A stretch of DNA of 64,000 nucleotides from Chrysomallon squamiferum (Eukaryota; Animalia; Mollusca): NCBI GenBank assembly GCA_012295275.1, contig CM022674.1, positions 16,740,001-16,804,000 of the forward strand. The letters run 5' to 3'. The notes below the pieces were generated by a model. It was not told where the DNA came from. It did not search any database and saw only the letters and a program-made list of their open reading frames with translations. Position numbers and translations under genes: made by a program. Numbering within the stretch: position 1 is the stretch's first letter; each line of letters opens with the position of its first letter. Below, piece after piece: positions 35,725 through 49,400 of the stretch.

Positions 35725-38700
35725 ATTCTTTCACAGTTCTCTTCTACAGCAGATGTTTCAAACACTTTACCACTCTTTCACAGTTCTACTTCTACAGCAG
35801 ATGTTTCTAACACTTTACCACCTTTCACAGTTCTACTTCTACAACAGATGTTTCTAACACTTTACCACCCTTTCACAGTTCTACTTCTACAGCAGATGTT
35901 TCCACAACTTTACCACCCTTTCACAGTTCTATTTCTACAGCAGATGTTTCTAACACTTTACCACCCTTTCACAGTTCTACTTCTACAGCAGATGTTTCTA
36001 ACACTTTACCACCCTTTCACAGTTCTTTCTTCTACAGCAGATTCTTCCACCACACTTTCTGCTTCTTTTCACAGTTCTGTTCTTCTACAGCAGATGCAGA
36101 TTTCCAACACTTTACCACTTTCACAGTTCTTTCAGCAGATGTTCACTTCTTTACACAGATGCTTCTACAGCAGATGTTTCTAACACTTTACCACCCTTTC
36201 ACAGTTCTACTTCTACAGCAGATGTTTCCAACACTTTACCACTCTTTCACAGTTCTGCTTCTACAGCAGATGTTTCCAACACTTTACCACTCTTTCACAG
36301 TTCTGCTTCTACAGCAGATGTTTCTAACACTTTACCACCCTTTCACAGTTCTACTTCTACAGCAGATGTTTTCCAACACTTTTACCACCCTTTCACAGTT
36401 TCTTCTACAGCAGATGTTTCTAACACTTTTACCACTCTTTCACAGTTCTACTTCTACAGCAGATGTTTCCAACACTTTTACCACTCTTTCACAGTTCTGC
36501 TTCTACAGCAGATGTTTTCCAACACTTTACCACCCTTTCACAGTTCTACTTCTACAGCAGATGCTTCTACAGCAGATGCTTCCAACACTTTTACCACCCT
36601 TTCACAGTTCTAGTTTCTACAGCAGATGCTTCCAACACTTTACCACTCTTTCACAGTTCTACTTCTACAGCAGATGCTTCCAACACTTTACCACTCTTTC
36701 ACAGTTCTGCTTCTACAGCAGATGCTTCCAACACTTTACCACTCTTTCACAGTTCTGCTTCTACAGCAGATGCTTCCAACACTTTACCACTCTTTCACAG
36801 TTCTGCTTCTACAGCAGATGTTTCAACACTTTACCACTCTTTCACACAACACTTTTCTTTCACAGTTCTACTTCTACAGCAGATGTTTCCAACACTTTTC
36901 TTTCACAGTTCTGCTTCTACAGCAGATGTTTCCAACACTTTACCTTTCTTTCACAGTTCTACTTCTACAGCAGATGTTTCTAACACTTTACCACTCTTTC
37001 ACAGTTCTGCTTCTACAGCAGATGCTTTTCCAACACTTTACCTCTTTCACAGTTCTGCTTCTACAGCAGATGTTTCTAACACTTTACCACCCTTTCACAG
37101 TTCTACTTCTACAGCAGATGTTTCCAACACTTTACCACCCTTTCACAGTTCTACTTCTACAGCAGATGTTTCCAACACTTTACCACCCTTTCACAGTTCT
37201 GCTTCTACAGCAGATGCTTCCAACACAGTTCTTTACCTTTTTTCACAGTTCTGCTTTCTACAGCAGATGCTTCCAACACTTTACCACTCTTTCACAGTTC
37301 TGCTTCTACAGCAGATGTTTCCAACACTTTACTTTCACAGTTCTTTACAGCAGACACACTTTACCACCCTTTTCACAGTTCTGCTTCTACAGCAGATGCT
37401 TCCAACACTTTACCACCCTTTCACAGTTTCAGTTACTTTTACTTTCACAGATGCTTTCAACACTTTACCACTTTACAGTTCTTTCTTTCACAGTTCTGCT
37501 TCTACAGCAGATGTTTCCAACACTTTACCACCTTTCACAGTTCTGCTTCTACAGCAGATGTTTCCAACACTACAGCAGATTTACCACCCTTTCACAGTTC
37601 TGCTTCAGATACAGCAGATGTTTCTAACACTTTTACCACCCACCTTTCACAGTTCTACTTCTACAGCAGATGTTTCTAACACTTTACCACCCTTTCACAG
37701 TTCTACTTCTACAGCAGATGTTTCCAACACTTTACCACCCTTTCACAGTTCTACTTCTACAGCAGATGTTTCTAACACTTTACCACCCTTTCACAGTTCT
37801 ACTTCTACAGCAGATGTTTCCAACACTTTACCACCCTTTCCAGTTCTTTCACAGTTCTACTTCTTTACAGCAGATGCTTCTAAGCACACACTTTACCACC
37901 CTTTCACAGTTCTGCTTCTACAGCAGATGCTTTCTAACACTTTACCACCCTTTCACAGTTCTACTTCTACAGCAGATGTTTCCAACACTTTACCACCCTT
38001 TCACAGTTCTACTTCTACAGCAGATGTTTCCAACACTTTACCACCCTTTCACAGTTCTACTTCTACAGCAGATGTTTCTAACACTTTACCACCCTTTCAC
38101 AGTTCTACTTCTACAGCAGATGTTTCCAACACTTTACCACCCTTTCACAGTTCTGCTTCTACAGCAGATGCTTCCAACACTTTACCACTCTTTCACAGTT
38201 CTGCTTCTACAGCAGATGTTTCCAACACTTTACCACCCTTTCACAGTTCTGCTTCTACAGCAGATGTTTCCAACACTTTACCACCCTTTTTCACAGTTCT
38301 GCTTCTACAGCAGATGTTTCCAACACTTTACTTTACCACCCTTTCACAGTTCTACTTCTACAGCAGATGTTTTCTTTACCACCCTTTCTACAGCAGATGT
38401 TTCCAACACTTTACCACCCTTTCACAGTTCTACTTCTACAGCAGATGTTTCCAACACTTTACCACCCAGTTTTCACAGTTCTGCTTCTACAGCAGATGCT
38501 TTCACAACACTTTTACCAAACACTTTTCTTTCACAGTTCTGCTTCTACAGCAGATGTTTCTAACACTTTACCACCCTTTCACAGTTCTACTTCTACAGCA
38601 GATGTTTCCAACACTTTTACCACCCTTTCACAGTTCGTACTTCTACAGCACAACACTTTCACACTTCTACAGCAGATGTTTCTAACACTTTACCACCCTT

Positions 38701-39325
38701 TCACAGTTCTGCTTCTACAGCAGATGTTTCCAACACTTTACCACCCTTTCACAGTTCTGCTTCTACAGCAGATGTCACAGTTCACTAACAACACCACCCT
38801 TTCACAGTTCTTTCACATGTCTTTCTACCACCCTTTCTACAGCAGATGTTTCTAACACTTTACCACCCTTTCACAGTTCTACTTCTACAGCAGATGTTTC
38901 TAACACTTTACCACCCTGTCACAGTTCTGCTTCTACAGCAGATGCTTCCAACACTTTACCACTCTTTCACAGTTCTGCTTCTACAGCAAATGCTTCCAAC
39001 ACTTTACCACTCTTTCACTGTTCGACTTCTACAGCAAATGCTTCCAACACTTTACCACTCTTTCACAGTTCTGCTTCTACAGCCAATACTTCCAACATTC
39101 CACCAATATTTCACAGTTCTCCTTCTACAGCCAATACTTCCAACATTCCACGAATATTTCACAGTTCTACTTCTACAGCCAATACTTCCAACATTCCACC
39201 AATATTTCACAGTTCGACTTCTACAGCAAATCCTTCCAACACTTTACCACTCTTTCACAGTTCTGCTTCTACAGCAGATGCTTCCAACATTTCACTAATG
39301 TTTCACATTTCTACTTCTACAGTAA
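35725..39325 (+). repeat. 48-bp minisatellite array (~75 units) downstream of the copy B stop codon
   Basis: Unit tttcacagttctacttctacagcagatgtttccaacactttaccaccc; homologous to the coding tail of copy A; many indels. Confidence 0.95.
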
Positions 39326-39759
39326 ATAATTCACCAAGTTCAACTTCTACATATACAGCTAACACATCAAACTGTCGTGTGCTTCAAATGCCTTTATATC
39401 TATCAATATTTATTACTGTAAAAATGCATATTTAGCATATGTTTTGTTAAAGATAATAATAATATTAGTACTAATTTTAATGATAACAAGTGGACAATGT
39501 GTAGCTAGTGGCCCCAGTTCACTGCTTTGCCTGCAGATCTATAATAGAGTTAAGAGGATCTTGCTGTCTGGATGGTTATTTTTGTTGTTGTTTTGGGAAA
39601 TGTTCGTTTGCTTTTGTTCAACCAAAAATATATTAATAACAAATTCTTTTTTATTTCACATTTTATGTGGACGTTGCAATTTATATACTCACAAAAGGAT
39701 GAGATAACCCCTGACTGTACTGTAGACTGGGATTTATATTACAGGGCAGCATAGGTCAA

Positions 39760-40270
39760 TAGCATAAACTACAGATGGGTCTGTAGGATAGAAGAAGGAT
39801 TGCATTGCACCTGTATGGGTCAGTAGGACACAAATAATTACATTACACAGGTGTATGAGTCAGAACGATACACAAAGGATTACAATACACTGGTATATGG
39901 GTCAGTAGTAGACACAAAAAATTACATTACACAGGTGTATGGGTCAGTATTATACACAAAAAATTACATTACACAGGTGTATGGGTCAGTATTATACACA
40001 AAAATTACATTACACAGGTGTATGGGTCAGTATTATACACAAAGAATTACATTACACAGGTGTATGAGTCAGTATTGTACACAAAGAATTACATTACACA
40101 GGTATATGGGTCACTAGTGTATACAAAAAATTGCATTACAGGAGTGTGTAGGTCTGTGGTATACATAAGTGATGACATTACGTAGATCATTTACGTAGAT
40201 ATATTAAGGTTTACATTTCAGTGGTGCATGGGTAATTAGGATATACCAAAAAATTACATTACAGGGATTA
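39760..40270. repeat. 42-bp minisatellite in the 3' flank of copy B
   Basis: Unit ggtgtatgggtcagtattatacacaaaaaattacattacaca (e.g. at 39934 and 39976); a shorter homologue lies at ~26400-26620. Confidence 0.85.
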
Positions 40271-40406
40271 TGATCTCAGCCGAATGTACTGATCATGTAG
40301 AATTATATAATAGATGTCAGATATCTTGATACATGGTATGAAAAGCCCTAAGAGGCTACTTAGAGTACCCTTTACATTATTTATCTTCTTCGCCATGGCA
40401 CACACA

Positions 40407-40445
<39 letters not shown>

Positions 40446-40636
40446 GAGTTATTGATAACTGAGGACCATCTTTTTTTTCTCTCAAACACTTATCGTGTAG
40501 GAGACAGGACTGTTCATAATTTTTGATAACAATAGTTTATTATCCCACAATTTAACTATTTCCTGATATTTAATATTCGAGTCTTGCGTAATTTCCATAT
40601 CCAACAAATACTAATTGGAAAATATATACAATGTTA

Positions 40637-43600
40637 ACTAGATTTAGTTATCTGTTTACCTTATGACTAGGGTTAAAGTTAGTATTATGGCTAGATTTAG
40701 TTATCTGTTTACCTTATGACTAGGGTTAAAGTTAGTATTATGGTTAGATTTAGTTATTTGTTTACCTTATGACTAGGGTTAAAGTTAGTATTATGGCTAG
40801 ATTTAGTTATCTGTTTACCTTATTAGTAGGGTTAAAGTTAGTATTATGGCTAGATTTAGTTATCTGTTTACCTTATGACTAGGGTTAAAGTTAGTATTAT
40901 GGTTAGATTTAGTTATCTGTTTACCTTATGACTAGGGTTAATTTTTAGTTATTATGGTTAGATTTAGTATTATCTGTTTACTTTTATGACTAGGGTTAAA
41001 GTTAGTATTATGGCTAGATTTAGTTATCTGTTTACCTTATGACTAGGGTTAAAGTTAGTATTATGGCTAGATTTATTTATCTGTTTACCTTATGACTAGG
41101 GTTAAAGTTAGTATTATGGCTAGATTTAGTTATCTGTTTACCTTATGACTAGGGTTAAAGTTAGTATTATGGTTAGATTTAGTTATCTGTTTACCTTATG
41201 ACTAGGGTTAAAGTTAGTATTATGGTTAGATTTAGTTATCTGTTTACCTTATGACTAGGGTTAAAGTTAGTATTATGGTTAGATTTAGTTATCTGTTTAC
41301 CTTATGACTAGGGTTAAAGTTAGTATTATGGTTAGATTTAGTTATCTGTTTACCTTATGACTAGGGTTAAAGTTAGTATTATGGCTAGATTTAGTTATCT
41401 GTTTACCTTATGACAAGGGTTAAATTTAGTATTATGGCTAGATTTAGTTATCTGTTTACCTTATGACTAGGGTTAAAGTTAGTATTATGGTTAGATTTAG
41501 TTATCTGTTTACCTTATGACTAGGGTTAAAGTTAGTATTATGGTTAGATTTAGTTATCTGTTTACCTTTGACTATGAGTTAGTATTATGGGTTAAAGTTA
41601 TCTGTTTATTATGGTTAAAGATTTAGTTAGATTTAGTTGTTTACCTTATGACTAGGGTTAAAGTTAGTATTATGGTTAGATTTAGTTATCTGTTTACCTT
41701 ATGACTAGGGTTAAAGTTAGTATTATGGTTAGATTTAGTTATCTGTTTACCTTATGACTAGGGTTAAAGTAAAGTTAGTATTATATCTAGATTTTATTAT
41801 CTGTTTACCTTATGACTAGGGTTAAAGTTAGTATTATGGTTAGATTTAGTTATCTGTTTACCTTATGACTAGGGTTAAAGTTAGTATTATGGTTAGATTT
41901 AGTTATCTGTTTACCTTATGACTAGGGTTAAAGTTAGTATTATGGTTAGATTTAGTTATCTGTTTACCTTATGACTAGGGTTAAAGTTAGTATTATGGTT
42001 AGATTTAGTTATCTGTTTACCTTATGACTAGGGTTAAGGGTTATTATGGTTAGATTTATTATGTTTACCTTAGATTTAGTATTATCTAGATTTACCTTTG
42101 TTTACCTTATGACTAGGGTTAAAGTTAGTATTATGGTTAGATTTAGTTATCTGTTTACCTTATGACTAGGGTTAAAGTTAGTATTATGGTTAGATTTAGT
42201 TATCTGTTTACCTTATGACTAGGGTTAAAGTTAGTATTATGGTTAGATTTAGTTATCTGTTTACCTTATATGACTAGGGTTAAAGTTAGTATTATGGTTA
42301 GATTTAGTTATCTGTTTACCTTATGACTAGGGTTAAAAGTATTATTAGTATTATGGTTAGATTTAGTTATCTGTTTACCTTATGACTAGGGTTAAAGTTA
42401 GTATTATGGTTAGATTTAGTTATCTGTTTACCTTATGACTAGGGTTAAAGTTAGTATTATGGTTAGATTTAGTTATCTGTTTACCTTATGACTAGGGTTA
42501 AAGTTAGTATTATGGTTAGATTTAGTTATCTGTTTACCTTATGACTAGGGTTAAAGTTAGTATTATGGTTAGATTTAGTTATCTGTTTACCTTATGACTA
42601 GGGTTAAAGTTAGTATTATGGTTAGATTTAGTTATCTGTTTACCTTATGACTAGGGTTAAAGTTAGTATTATGGTTAGATTTAGTTATCTGTTTACCTTA
42701 TGACTAGGGTTAAAGTTAGTATTATGGTTAGATTTAGTTATCTGTTTTACCTTATGACTCTAGGGTTTAAAGTTAGTATTATGATTTAGATTTAGTTATC
42801 TGTTTACCTTATGACTAGGGTTAAAGTTAGTATTATGGTTAGATTTAGTTATCTGTTTTACCTTATGACTAGGGTTAAAGTTAGTATTATGGTTAGATTT
42901 AGTTATCTGTTTTACCTTATGACTAGGGTTAAAGTTAGTATTATGGTTAGATTTAGTTATCTGTTTACCTTATGACTAGGGTTAAAGTTAGTATTATGGT
43001 TAGATTTAGTTATCTGTTTACCTTATGACTAGGGTTAAAGTTAGTATTATGGTTAGATTTAGTTATCTGTTTACCTTATGACTAGGGTTAAAGTTAGTAT
43101 TATGGTTAGATTTAGTTATCTGTTTACCTTATGACTAGGGTTAAAGTTAGTATTATGGTTAGATTTAGTTATCTGTTTACCTTATGACTAGGGTTAGGGT
43201 TAAAGTTAGTATTATGGTTAGATTTAGTTATCTTTACCTTATGACTAGGTTAAAGTTATTATGGTTAGATTAGATTTAGTTATCTGTTTTTACCTTTATG
43301 ACTAGGGTTAAAGTTAGTATTATGGTTAGATTTAGTTATCTGTTTACCTTATGACTAGGGTTAAAGTTAGTATTATGGTTAGATTTAGTTATCTGTTTAC
43401 CTTATGACTAGGGTTAAAGTTAGTATTATGGTTAGATTTAGTTATCTGTTTACCTTATGACTAGGGTTAAAGTTAGTATTATGGTTAGATTTAGTTATCT
43501 GTTTACCTTATGACTAGGGTTAAAGTTAGTATTATGGTTAGATTTAGTTATCTGTTTTACCTTATGACTAGGGTTAAAGTTAGTATTATGGTTAGATTTA

Positions 43601-46223
43601 GTTATATTCTTTTACCTTATGACTAGGGTTAAAGTTAGTATTATGGTTAGATTTTTTATCTGTTTACCTTATGACTAGGGTTAAAAGTTAGTATTATGGT
43701 TAGATTTAGTTATCTGTTTACCTTATGACTAGGGTTAAAGTTAGTATTATGGTTAGATTTAGTTATCTGTTTACCTTATGACTGACTAGGGTTAAAGTTA
43801 GTATTATGGTTAGATTTAGTTATCTGTTTACCTTATGACTAGGGTTAAAGTTAGTATTATGGTTAGATTTAGTTATCTCTTTTTACTTTATGACTAGGGT
43901 TAAAGTTAGTAGTATTATGGTTAGATTTAGTTATCTGTTTTACCTTATGACTAGGGTTAAAGTTAGTATTATGGTTAGATTTAGTTATCTGTTTTACCTT
44001 ATGACTAGGGTTAAAGTTAGTATTATGGTTAGATTTAGTTTATCTGTTTACCTTATGACTAGGGTTAAAGTTAGTATTATGGTTAGATTTAGTTATCTGT
44101 TTACCTTATGACTAGGGTTAAAGTTAGTATTATGGTTAGATTTAGTTATCTGTTTACCTTATGACTAGGGTTAAAGTTAGTATTATGGTTAGATTTAGTT
44201 ATCTGTTTACCTTATGACTAGGGTTAAAGTTAGTATTATGGTTAGATTTAGTTATCTGTTTACCTTATGACTAGGAAAAAAGTTAGTATTATGGTTAGAT
44301 TTAGTTATCTGTTTACCTTATGACTAGGGTTAAAGTTAGTATTATGGTTAGATTTAGTTATCTGTTTACCTTATGACTAGGGTTAAAGTTAGTATTATGG
44401 TTAGATTTAGTTATCTGTTTACCTTATGACTAGGGTTAAAGTTAGTATTATGGTTAGATTTAGTTATCTGTTTACCTTATGACTAGGGTTAAAGTTAGTA
44501 TTATGGTTAGATTTAGTTATCTGTTTACCTTATGACTAGGGTTAAAGTTAGTATTATGGTTAGATTTAGTTATCTGTTTACCTTATGACTAGGGTTAAAG
44601 TTAGTATTATGGTTAGATTTAGTTATCTGTTTTACCTTATGACTAGGGTTAAAGTTAGTATTATGGTTAGATTTAGTTATCTGTTTTACCTTATGACTAG
44701 GGTTAAAGTTAGTATTATGGTTAGATTTAGTTATCTGTTTACCTTATGACTAGGGTTAAAGTTAGTATTATGGTTAGATTTAGTTATCTGTTTTACCTTA
44801 TGACTAGGGTTAAAGTTAGTATTATGGTTAGATTTTAGTTATCTGTTTTACCTTATGACTAGGGTTAAAGTTAGTATTATGGTTAGATTTAGTTTATTTG
44901 TTTACCTTATGACTAGGGTTAAAGTTAGTATTATGTTAGATTTAGTTTTGTTTACCTTATGATCTGTTTTAGTATTATGGTTAGATTTAGGGTTATGAAA
45001 GGTTAAAGTTAGTATTATGGTTAGATTTAGTTATCTGTTTACCTTATGACTAGGGTTAAAGTTAGTATTATGGTTAGATTTAGTTTATCTGTTTACCTTT
45101 TATGACTAGGGTTAAAGTTAGTATTATGGTTAGATTTAGTTATCTGTTTTACCTTATGACTAGGGTTAAAGTTTATTATTAGATTTTAGATTTAGTTATC
45201 TGTTTACCTTATGACTAGGGTTAAAGTTAGTATTATGGTTAGATTTAGTTATCTGTTTACCTTATGACTAGGGTTAAAGTTAGTATTATGGTTAGATTTA
45301 GTTATCTGTTTACCTTATGACTAGGGTTAAAGTTAGTATTATGGTTAGATTTAGTTATCTGTTTACCTTATGACTAGGGTTAAAGTTAGTATTATGGTTA
45401 GATTTAGTTATCTGTTTACCTTATGACTAGGGTTAAAGTTAGTATTATGGTTAGATTTAGTTATCTGTTTACCTTATGACTAGGGTTAAAAGTTAGTATT
45501 ATGGTTAGATTTAGTTATCTGTTTACCTTATGACTAGGGTTAAAGTTAGTATTATGGTTAGATTTAGATTTAGTTATCTGTTTACCTTATGACTAGGGTT
45601 AAAGTTAGTATTATGGTTAGATTTAGTTATCTGTTTACCTTATGACTAGGGTTAAAGTTAGTATTATGGTTAGATTTAGTTATCTGTTTACCTTTATGAC
45701 TAGGGTAAAAAGTTATATATGGTTAGATTTAGTTATCTGTTTACCTTATGACTAGGGTTAAAGTTAGTATTATGGTTAGATTTAGTTATCTGTTTACCTT
45801 ATGACTAGGGTTAAAGTTAGTATTATGGCTAGATTTAGTTATCTGTTTACCTTATGACTAGGGTTAAAGTTAGTATTATGGTTAGATTTTAGTTATCTGT
45901 TTACCTTATGACTAGGGTTAAAGTTAGTATTATGGTTAGATTTAGTTATCTGTTTACCTTATGACTAGGGTTAAAGTTAGTATTATGGTTAGATTTAGTT
46001 ATCTGTTTACCTTATGACTAGGGTTAAAGTTAGTATTATGGTTAGATTTAGTTATCTGTTTACCTTATGACTAGGGTTAAAGTTAGTATTATGGTTAGAT
46101 TTAGTTATCTGTTTTACCTTATGACTAGGGTTAAAGTTAGTATTATGGTTAGATTTAGTTATCTGTTTACCTTTATGACTAGGGTTAAAGTTAGTATTAT
46201 GGCTAGATTTATTTATCTGTATT
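40637..46223 (+). repeat. 53-bp satellite array (~105 units) made of degenerate TTAGGG-like hexamers
   Basis: Unit gactagggttaaagttagtattatggttagatttagttatctgtttaccttat; period 53 (atgact at 41145, 41198, 41251). Runs to the contig end. Confidence 0.97.
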
Positions 46224-46423
46224 NNNNNNNNNNNNNNNNNNNNNNNNNNNNNNNNNNNNNNNNNNNNNNNNNNNNNNNNNNNNNNNNNNNNNNNNNNNNN
46301 NNNNNNNNNNNNNNNNNNNNNNNNNNNNNNNNNNNNNNNNNNNNNNNNNNNNNNNNNNNNNNNNNNNNNNNNNNNNNNNNNNNNNNNNNNNNNNNNNNNN
46401 NNNNNNNNNNNNNNNNNNNNNNN
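46224..46423. other. Assembly gap, 200 N (round length, likely a scaffolding placeholder)
   Basis: Run of exactly 200 N. Confidence 0.99.
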
Positions 46424-49400
46424 AGCATCTGCTGTAGAAGTAGAACTGTGAAAGAAGTGGTAAAAGTGTTGGAGCATCTGCTGTAGAAGTAGAACTGTGT
46501 TGGAAGTGTTGGAAGCATCTGCTGTAGAAGTAGAACTGTGAAAAAGAGTGGTAAAGTGTTGGAAGCATCTGCTGTAGAAGTAGAACTGAAAGAATGGTAA
46601 AAAATCTGCTGAAGCAGTGGAAAGTGTTGGAAGCATCTGCTGTAGAAGTAGAACTGTGAAAGAGTGGTAAAGTGTTGGAAGCATCTGCTGTAGAAGCAGA
46701 ACTGTGAAAGAATGGTAAAGTGTTGGAAGCATCTGCTGTAGAAGTAGAACTGTGAAAAATGTGGTAAAAGTGTTGGAAGCATCTGCTGTAGAAGTAGAAC
46801 TGTGAAAAGAGTGGTAAAGTGTTGGAAGCATCTGCTGTAGAAGTAGAACTGTGAAAAAGAGTGGTAAAAGTGTTGGAAGCATCTGCTGTAGAAGTAGAAC
46901 TGTGAAAAGTGGTAAAGTGTTGGAAGCATCTGCTGTTGGAAGCAGAACTGAAAGATTGGTAAAAGTGTTTGGCATCATCTGTAGAAGTAGAACTGTGAAA
47001 GAGTGGTAAAGTGTTGGAAGCATCTGCTGTAGAAGTAGAACTGTGAAAAGAGTGGTAAAAGTGTTGGAAGCATCTGCTGTAGAAGCAGAACTGTGAAAGA
47101 ATGGTAAAGTGTTGGAAGCATCTGCTGTAGAAGTAGAACTGTGAAAGAGTGGTAAAGTGTTGGAAGCATCTGCTGTAGAAGTAGAACTGTGAAAAAGAGT
47201 GGTAAAGTGTTGGAAGCATCTGCTGTAGAAGTAGAACTGTGAAAGAGTGGTAAAAGTGTTGGAAGCATCTGCTGTAGAAAGAACTGTGAACTGTGAAAGA
47301 TCTGCTGTAGAAGTAGGTAAAGTGGTTGTTGGAAGCATCTGCTGTAGAAGTAGAACTGTGGTAAAAGTGTTGGAAGCATCTGCTGTAGAAAGAACTGTGA
47401 AAGAGTGGTAAAGTGTTGGAAGCATCTGCTGTAGAAGTAGAACTGTGAAAGAGTGGTAAAGTGTTGGAAGCATCTGCTGGAAGCAGAACTCTGAAAATGG
47501 TGTGGAAGTTGGTTGGAGCATCTGCTGTGGTAAAGTAGAGAAAGAAGTGGTAAAAGTGTTGGAAGCATCTGCTGTAGAAGCAGAACTGTGAAAGAGTGGT
47601 AAAGTGTTGGAAGTTGGAAGCAGATCTGCTGAATGGTAAAGTGTTGGAAGCAGAACTGAAAGAAAAGAGTGGTAAAGTGTTGGAAGCATCTGCTGTAGAA
47701 GCAGAACTGTGAAAGAGTGGTAAAAATCTGTTGGAAGCAGATCTGCTGTTGGAAGCATCTGCTGTAGAAGTAGAACTGTGAAAGAGTGGTAAAGTGTTGG
47801 AAGCATCTGCTGTAGAAGTAGAACTGTGAAAGAGTGGTAAAGTGTTGGAAGCATCTGCTGTAGAAGTAGAACTGTGAAAGATTGGTGGAATGTTGGAAGG
47901 ATTTGCTGTAGAAGTAGAACTGTGAAAGAGTGGTAAAGTGTTGGAAGCATCTGCTGTAGAAGTAGAACTGTGAAAGAGTGGTAAAGTGTTGGAAGCATCT
48001 GCTGTAGAAGCAGAACTGTGAAAGAGTGGTAAAGTGTTGGAAGCATCTGCTGTAGAAGTAGAACTGTGAAAGAGTGGTAAAGTGTTGGAAGCATCTGCTG
48101 TGGAAGTAGAACTGTGAAAGAGTGGTAAAGTGTTGGAAGCATCTGCTGTAGAAGTAGAACTGTGAAAGAGTGGTAAAGTGTTGGAAGCATCTGCTGTAGA
48201 AGTAGAAAGAACTGTGAAAGAACTGGTAAAGTGTTGGAAGCATCTGCTGTAGAAGTAGAACTGTGAAAGAGTGGTAAAGTGTTGGAAGCATCTGCTGTAG
48301 AAGTAGAACTGTGAAAGAGTGGTAAAGTGTTGGAAGCATCTGCTGTAGAAGTAGAACTGTGAAAGAGTGGTAAAGTGTTGGAAGCATCTGCTGTAGAAGT
48401 AGAACTGAAAAGAGTGGTAAAGTGTTGGAAGCATCTGCTGTAGAAGTAGAACTGTGAACTGTGAAAGTGGTAAATGTTGGAAGCATCTGTTGGAAGAACA
48501 TCTGCTGTAGAAGTGTTGGAAGTTGTGGAAAGAAAAGTGTTGGAAGCATCTGCTGTAGAAGCAGAACTGTGAAAGAATGGTAAAGTGTTGGAAGCAGCAT
48601 CTGCTGTAGAAGTAGAACTGTGTGGTAAAAAAGATCTGCTGTAGAAGAGTGTGAAAATTGGTAAAGTGTTGGAAGCATCTGCTGTAGAAAGAACTGTGAA
48701 AAGAGAGTGGTAAAAGTGTTGGAAGCATCTGCTGTAGAAGTAGAACTGTGAAAGAGTGGTAAAGTGTTGGAAGCATCTGCTGTAGAAGCAGAACTGTGAA
48801 AGAGTGGTAAAGTGTTGGAAGCATCTGCTGTAGAAGCAGAACTGAAAGAGTGGTAAAGTGTTGGAAGCATCTGCTGTAGAAGCAGAACTGTGAAAGAGTG
48901 GTAAAAGTGTTGGAAGCATCTGCTGTGTAGAAGTAGAACTGTGAAAGAGTGGTAAAGTGTTGGAATGAAAAGAAGTAGAACTGTGAAAAAGTGGTAAAAG
49001 TGTTGGAAGCATCTGCTGTAGAAGTAGAACTGTGAAAGAGTGGTAAAGTGTTGGAAGCATCTGCTGTGAAGAAGAACTGTGAACTGTGAAAGTGTTGGTA
49101 AAGTGTTGGAAGCAGATCTGCTGTGGTAAAGTTGGAAGCATCTGCTGTAGAAGCAGAACTGTGAAAGAGTGGTAAAGTGTTGGAAGCATCTGCTGTAGAA
49201 GTAGAACTGTGAAAGAATGGTAAAGTGTTGGAAGCATCTGCTGTAGAAGCAGAACTGTGAAAGAAGTGGTAAAGTGTTGGAAGCATCTGCTGTAGAAGTA
49301 GAACTGTGAAAGAATGGTAAAGTGTTGGAAGCATCTGCTGTAGAAGTAGAACTAGAAAAAAAAGTGGTAAAAGTGTTGGAAAATCTGCTGAAGAAGCAGA

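Noticed and set aside
40637-46223. Possible CRISPR array or true telomere
   Set aside because: Head-to-tail units with no unique spacers and no cas genes in a eukaryotic context; not pure (TTAGGG)n.
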